This document shows, piece after piece, positions 62,870 through 64,000 of a stretch of 64,000 bases of DNA (its first letter is position 1; each line of letters begins with the position of its first letter). Source of the DNA: Candidatus Fraserbacteria bacterium (lineage in GTDB: Bacteria; Bipolaricaulota; Bipolaricaulia; RBG-16-55-9; DRXL01). Made by a program: the position numbers and the translations under genes. The DNA lies in contig CAMTVK010000006.1 of assembly GCA_947085185.1 (NCBI GenBank), forward strand, positions 34,839-98,838, given 5' to 3'. The notes beneath the pieces were generated by a model. That model made no database searches and was not told where the DNA came from. It saw nothing but the letters and a program-made list of their open reading frames with translations.

Positions 62870-64000
62870 TGAACCATATCTGGCAGGCCCTGACCAGCGG
62901 CATGAGCAAGTTCATCATCAGGCGCCTCCTGCAGATTCTGTTGGTGCTCTATCTGTACATGACGCTCGTCTTTATCATCTTGGAGGCTCAGCCGGGGGAC
63001 ATCACAGATATCTACGTAGGGAACCCCAGGATCACCCCGGAGGCGCGCGAGGCCATCGTCAAGCAGCTTGGCTTAGATAGACCAATCTACGAACGATACT
63101 TTGCATATCTGAAGAACTTCGTGACGGGGCACCTGGGGTGTTCATTCAAGTGGGGGAACATCAGCGCTACCCCAGACCCAGTCTGTCGCGAGCAGCGCCC
63201 CACATGGGATCTCATCAAGGAGCGCCTGCCTCGGACCATCGTGCTTTTCTTAACGTATACGATCGTCTCGTTTTATATTGGGTTCTTTCTCGGGAAAGTG
63301 ATCGCATGGCGCCGCGGCGCCATTATCGAATATTTCTCGACCGTGGTGGGCGTCGTGCTCTTTACGGTCTTCACACCGTGGTTTGCTCTGCTTTTGGTCT
63401 GGCTCTTCGCGGTGAATCTCGGCGTCGTTCCCATCGGGGGATTCATCAATCCCGATAGCTGGACCAATATTCGTCAGATCGGGTCCACAGACTGCAGCAT
63501 CGGGATCAGTTGCTCGAATATCGTCTTCAATCATATGTTGTTATGGATGGGCGGGTTGACGCTCTTTTGGGGTGTGGTCTTTCTATGGAGCCGACGTTTC
63601 CCCTATGCGTGGCAGAAGAACGCCGTGCGCTGGGGGGCCGTCGCGCTCGGTTTAGTTGTAGCTGGGCTCTTCTTTGGGGGGGGCTGGCTCGGCGAGATAG
63701 ATCGCGTGGTGTTAGCGCGCGACACAAAGTTTCAGTTCTTCATCTGGCACTTTGAATTCCCCGCGGGGACGATCCCGCTCTTCCCTTTGGTGCTCGACTT
63801 CGTGCAACACATGGCCTTGCCCATCTTGACGCTCACGCTCATATCTTTTGCGGGAACGATGCTCTTAATGAGAAATACGATGCTGGAGACGATGCGCGAA
63901 GACTACGTGATGGCCGCCAAAGCCAAGGGCCTGCCCGATAACGTCGTACGGGACAAGCACGCCGCGCGCAATGCGCTGCTCCCTGTCGTGACAAGCTTGA
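62870..64000 (+). CDS. ABC transporter permease (DppB/OppB-like) with ~100-aa insertion, 3' truncated by window edge
   Basis: MSKFIIRRLLQILLV...EAA loop YVMAAKAKGLPDNVVRDKHAARNA. Extra Cys-rich hydrophobic insertion (STDCSIGISCSN...). Not in the track because it runs off the end. Confidence 0.75.

Noticed and set aside
1-64000. CRISPR arrays, rRNA genes, integrases or transposases near the tRNA or the TA modules
   Set aside because: No spacer-repeat periodicity, no rRNA-like sequence, and no integrase, transposase or recombinase-like ORF was seen on either strand. Despite the TA modules and the tRNA, no bounded mobile element can be delineated.

Overview
High-GC (~60%) bacterial chromosome segment, probably from a diderm lineage because lptB/lptC-like genes and an O-antigen-ligase-like gene are present. 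No phylum assignment is attempted. The flanks are housekeeping. The 5' flank carries a truncated amidohydrolase, a CDP-alcohol phosphatidyltransferase, rluD-like, rimP-nusA, an MMPL/RND transporter where infB is normally expected, rny, acyP, secA, an O-antigen-ligase/TPR protein, a PAPS-reductase-like gene and a geranylgeranyl-reductase-like gene. The 3' flank carries lgt, lptB/lptC-like, pyrG, a moaA-mobB-moeA-moeA-moaC operon, two family-5 peptide/nickel ABC importer loci, rpmF, dtd, gpmI, Asp23, a ubiE-like gene, rnhA, tRNA-Met(CAT) and several beta-propeller/FG-GAP surface proteins. The central ~16 kb (20.6-36.4 kb) is a glycan-biosynthesis island, all on the minus strand except the last gene. 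It holds four tandem GT4 genes, a GT-C (ArnT/PMT-like) membrane glycosyltransferase, a GT2 polyprenol-phosphate glycosyltransferase, an ArnE-like small flippase subunit, UDP-xylose synthase, UDP-glucose dehydrogenase, a decayed ArnE/F-like remnant, a Wzm/Wzt-type ABC-2 exporter, a further GT4, and a WecA/MraY-like initiating phosphotransferase. Addiction/defence modules are interleaved and flank the island: two HEPN/MNT pairs with ~45-nt gene overlaps, a HicB-HicA pair, an orphan MNT and a Uma2-endonuclease fragment. The most unusual observations follow. (1) Two adjacent secreted proteins, an S8 subtilase and a beta-sandwich protein, share a ~150-aa C-terminal domain I cannot assign to a family; it is ~65% identical at protein level, similar at DNA level, and has a conserved Cys pair. 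(2) A ~45-nt element built of four CACGGA hexamers at ~9-10 bp spacing occurs at two gene junctions in the same orientation. (3) A ~50-nt element is duplicated in front of hicB and the orphan MNT. (4) The island appears to route UDP-xylose into an Arn-like polyprenyl-phosphate-sugar/GT-C system, suggesting lipid-linked pentosylation. No CRISPR array, rRNA, integrase or transposase was seen. Positions worked out by hand may be off by 1-2 nt.
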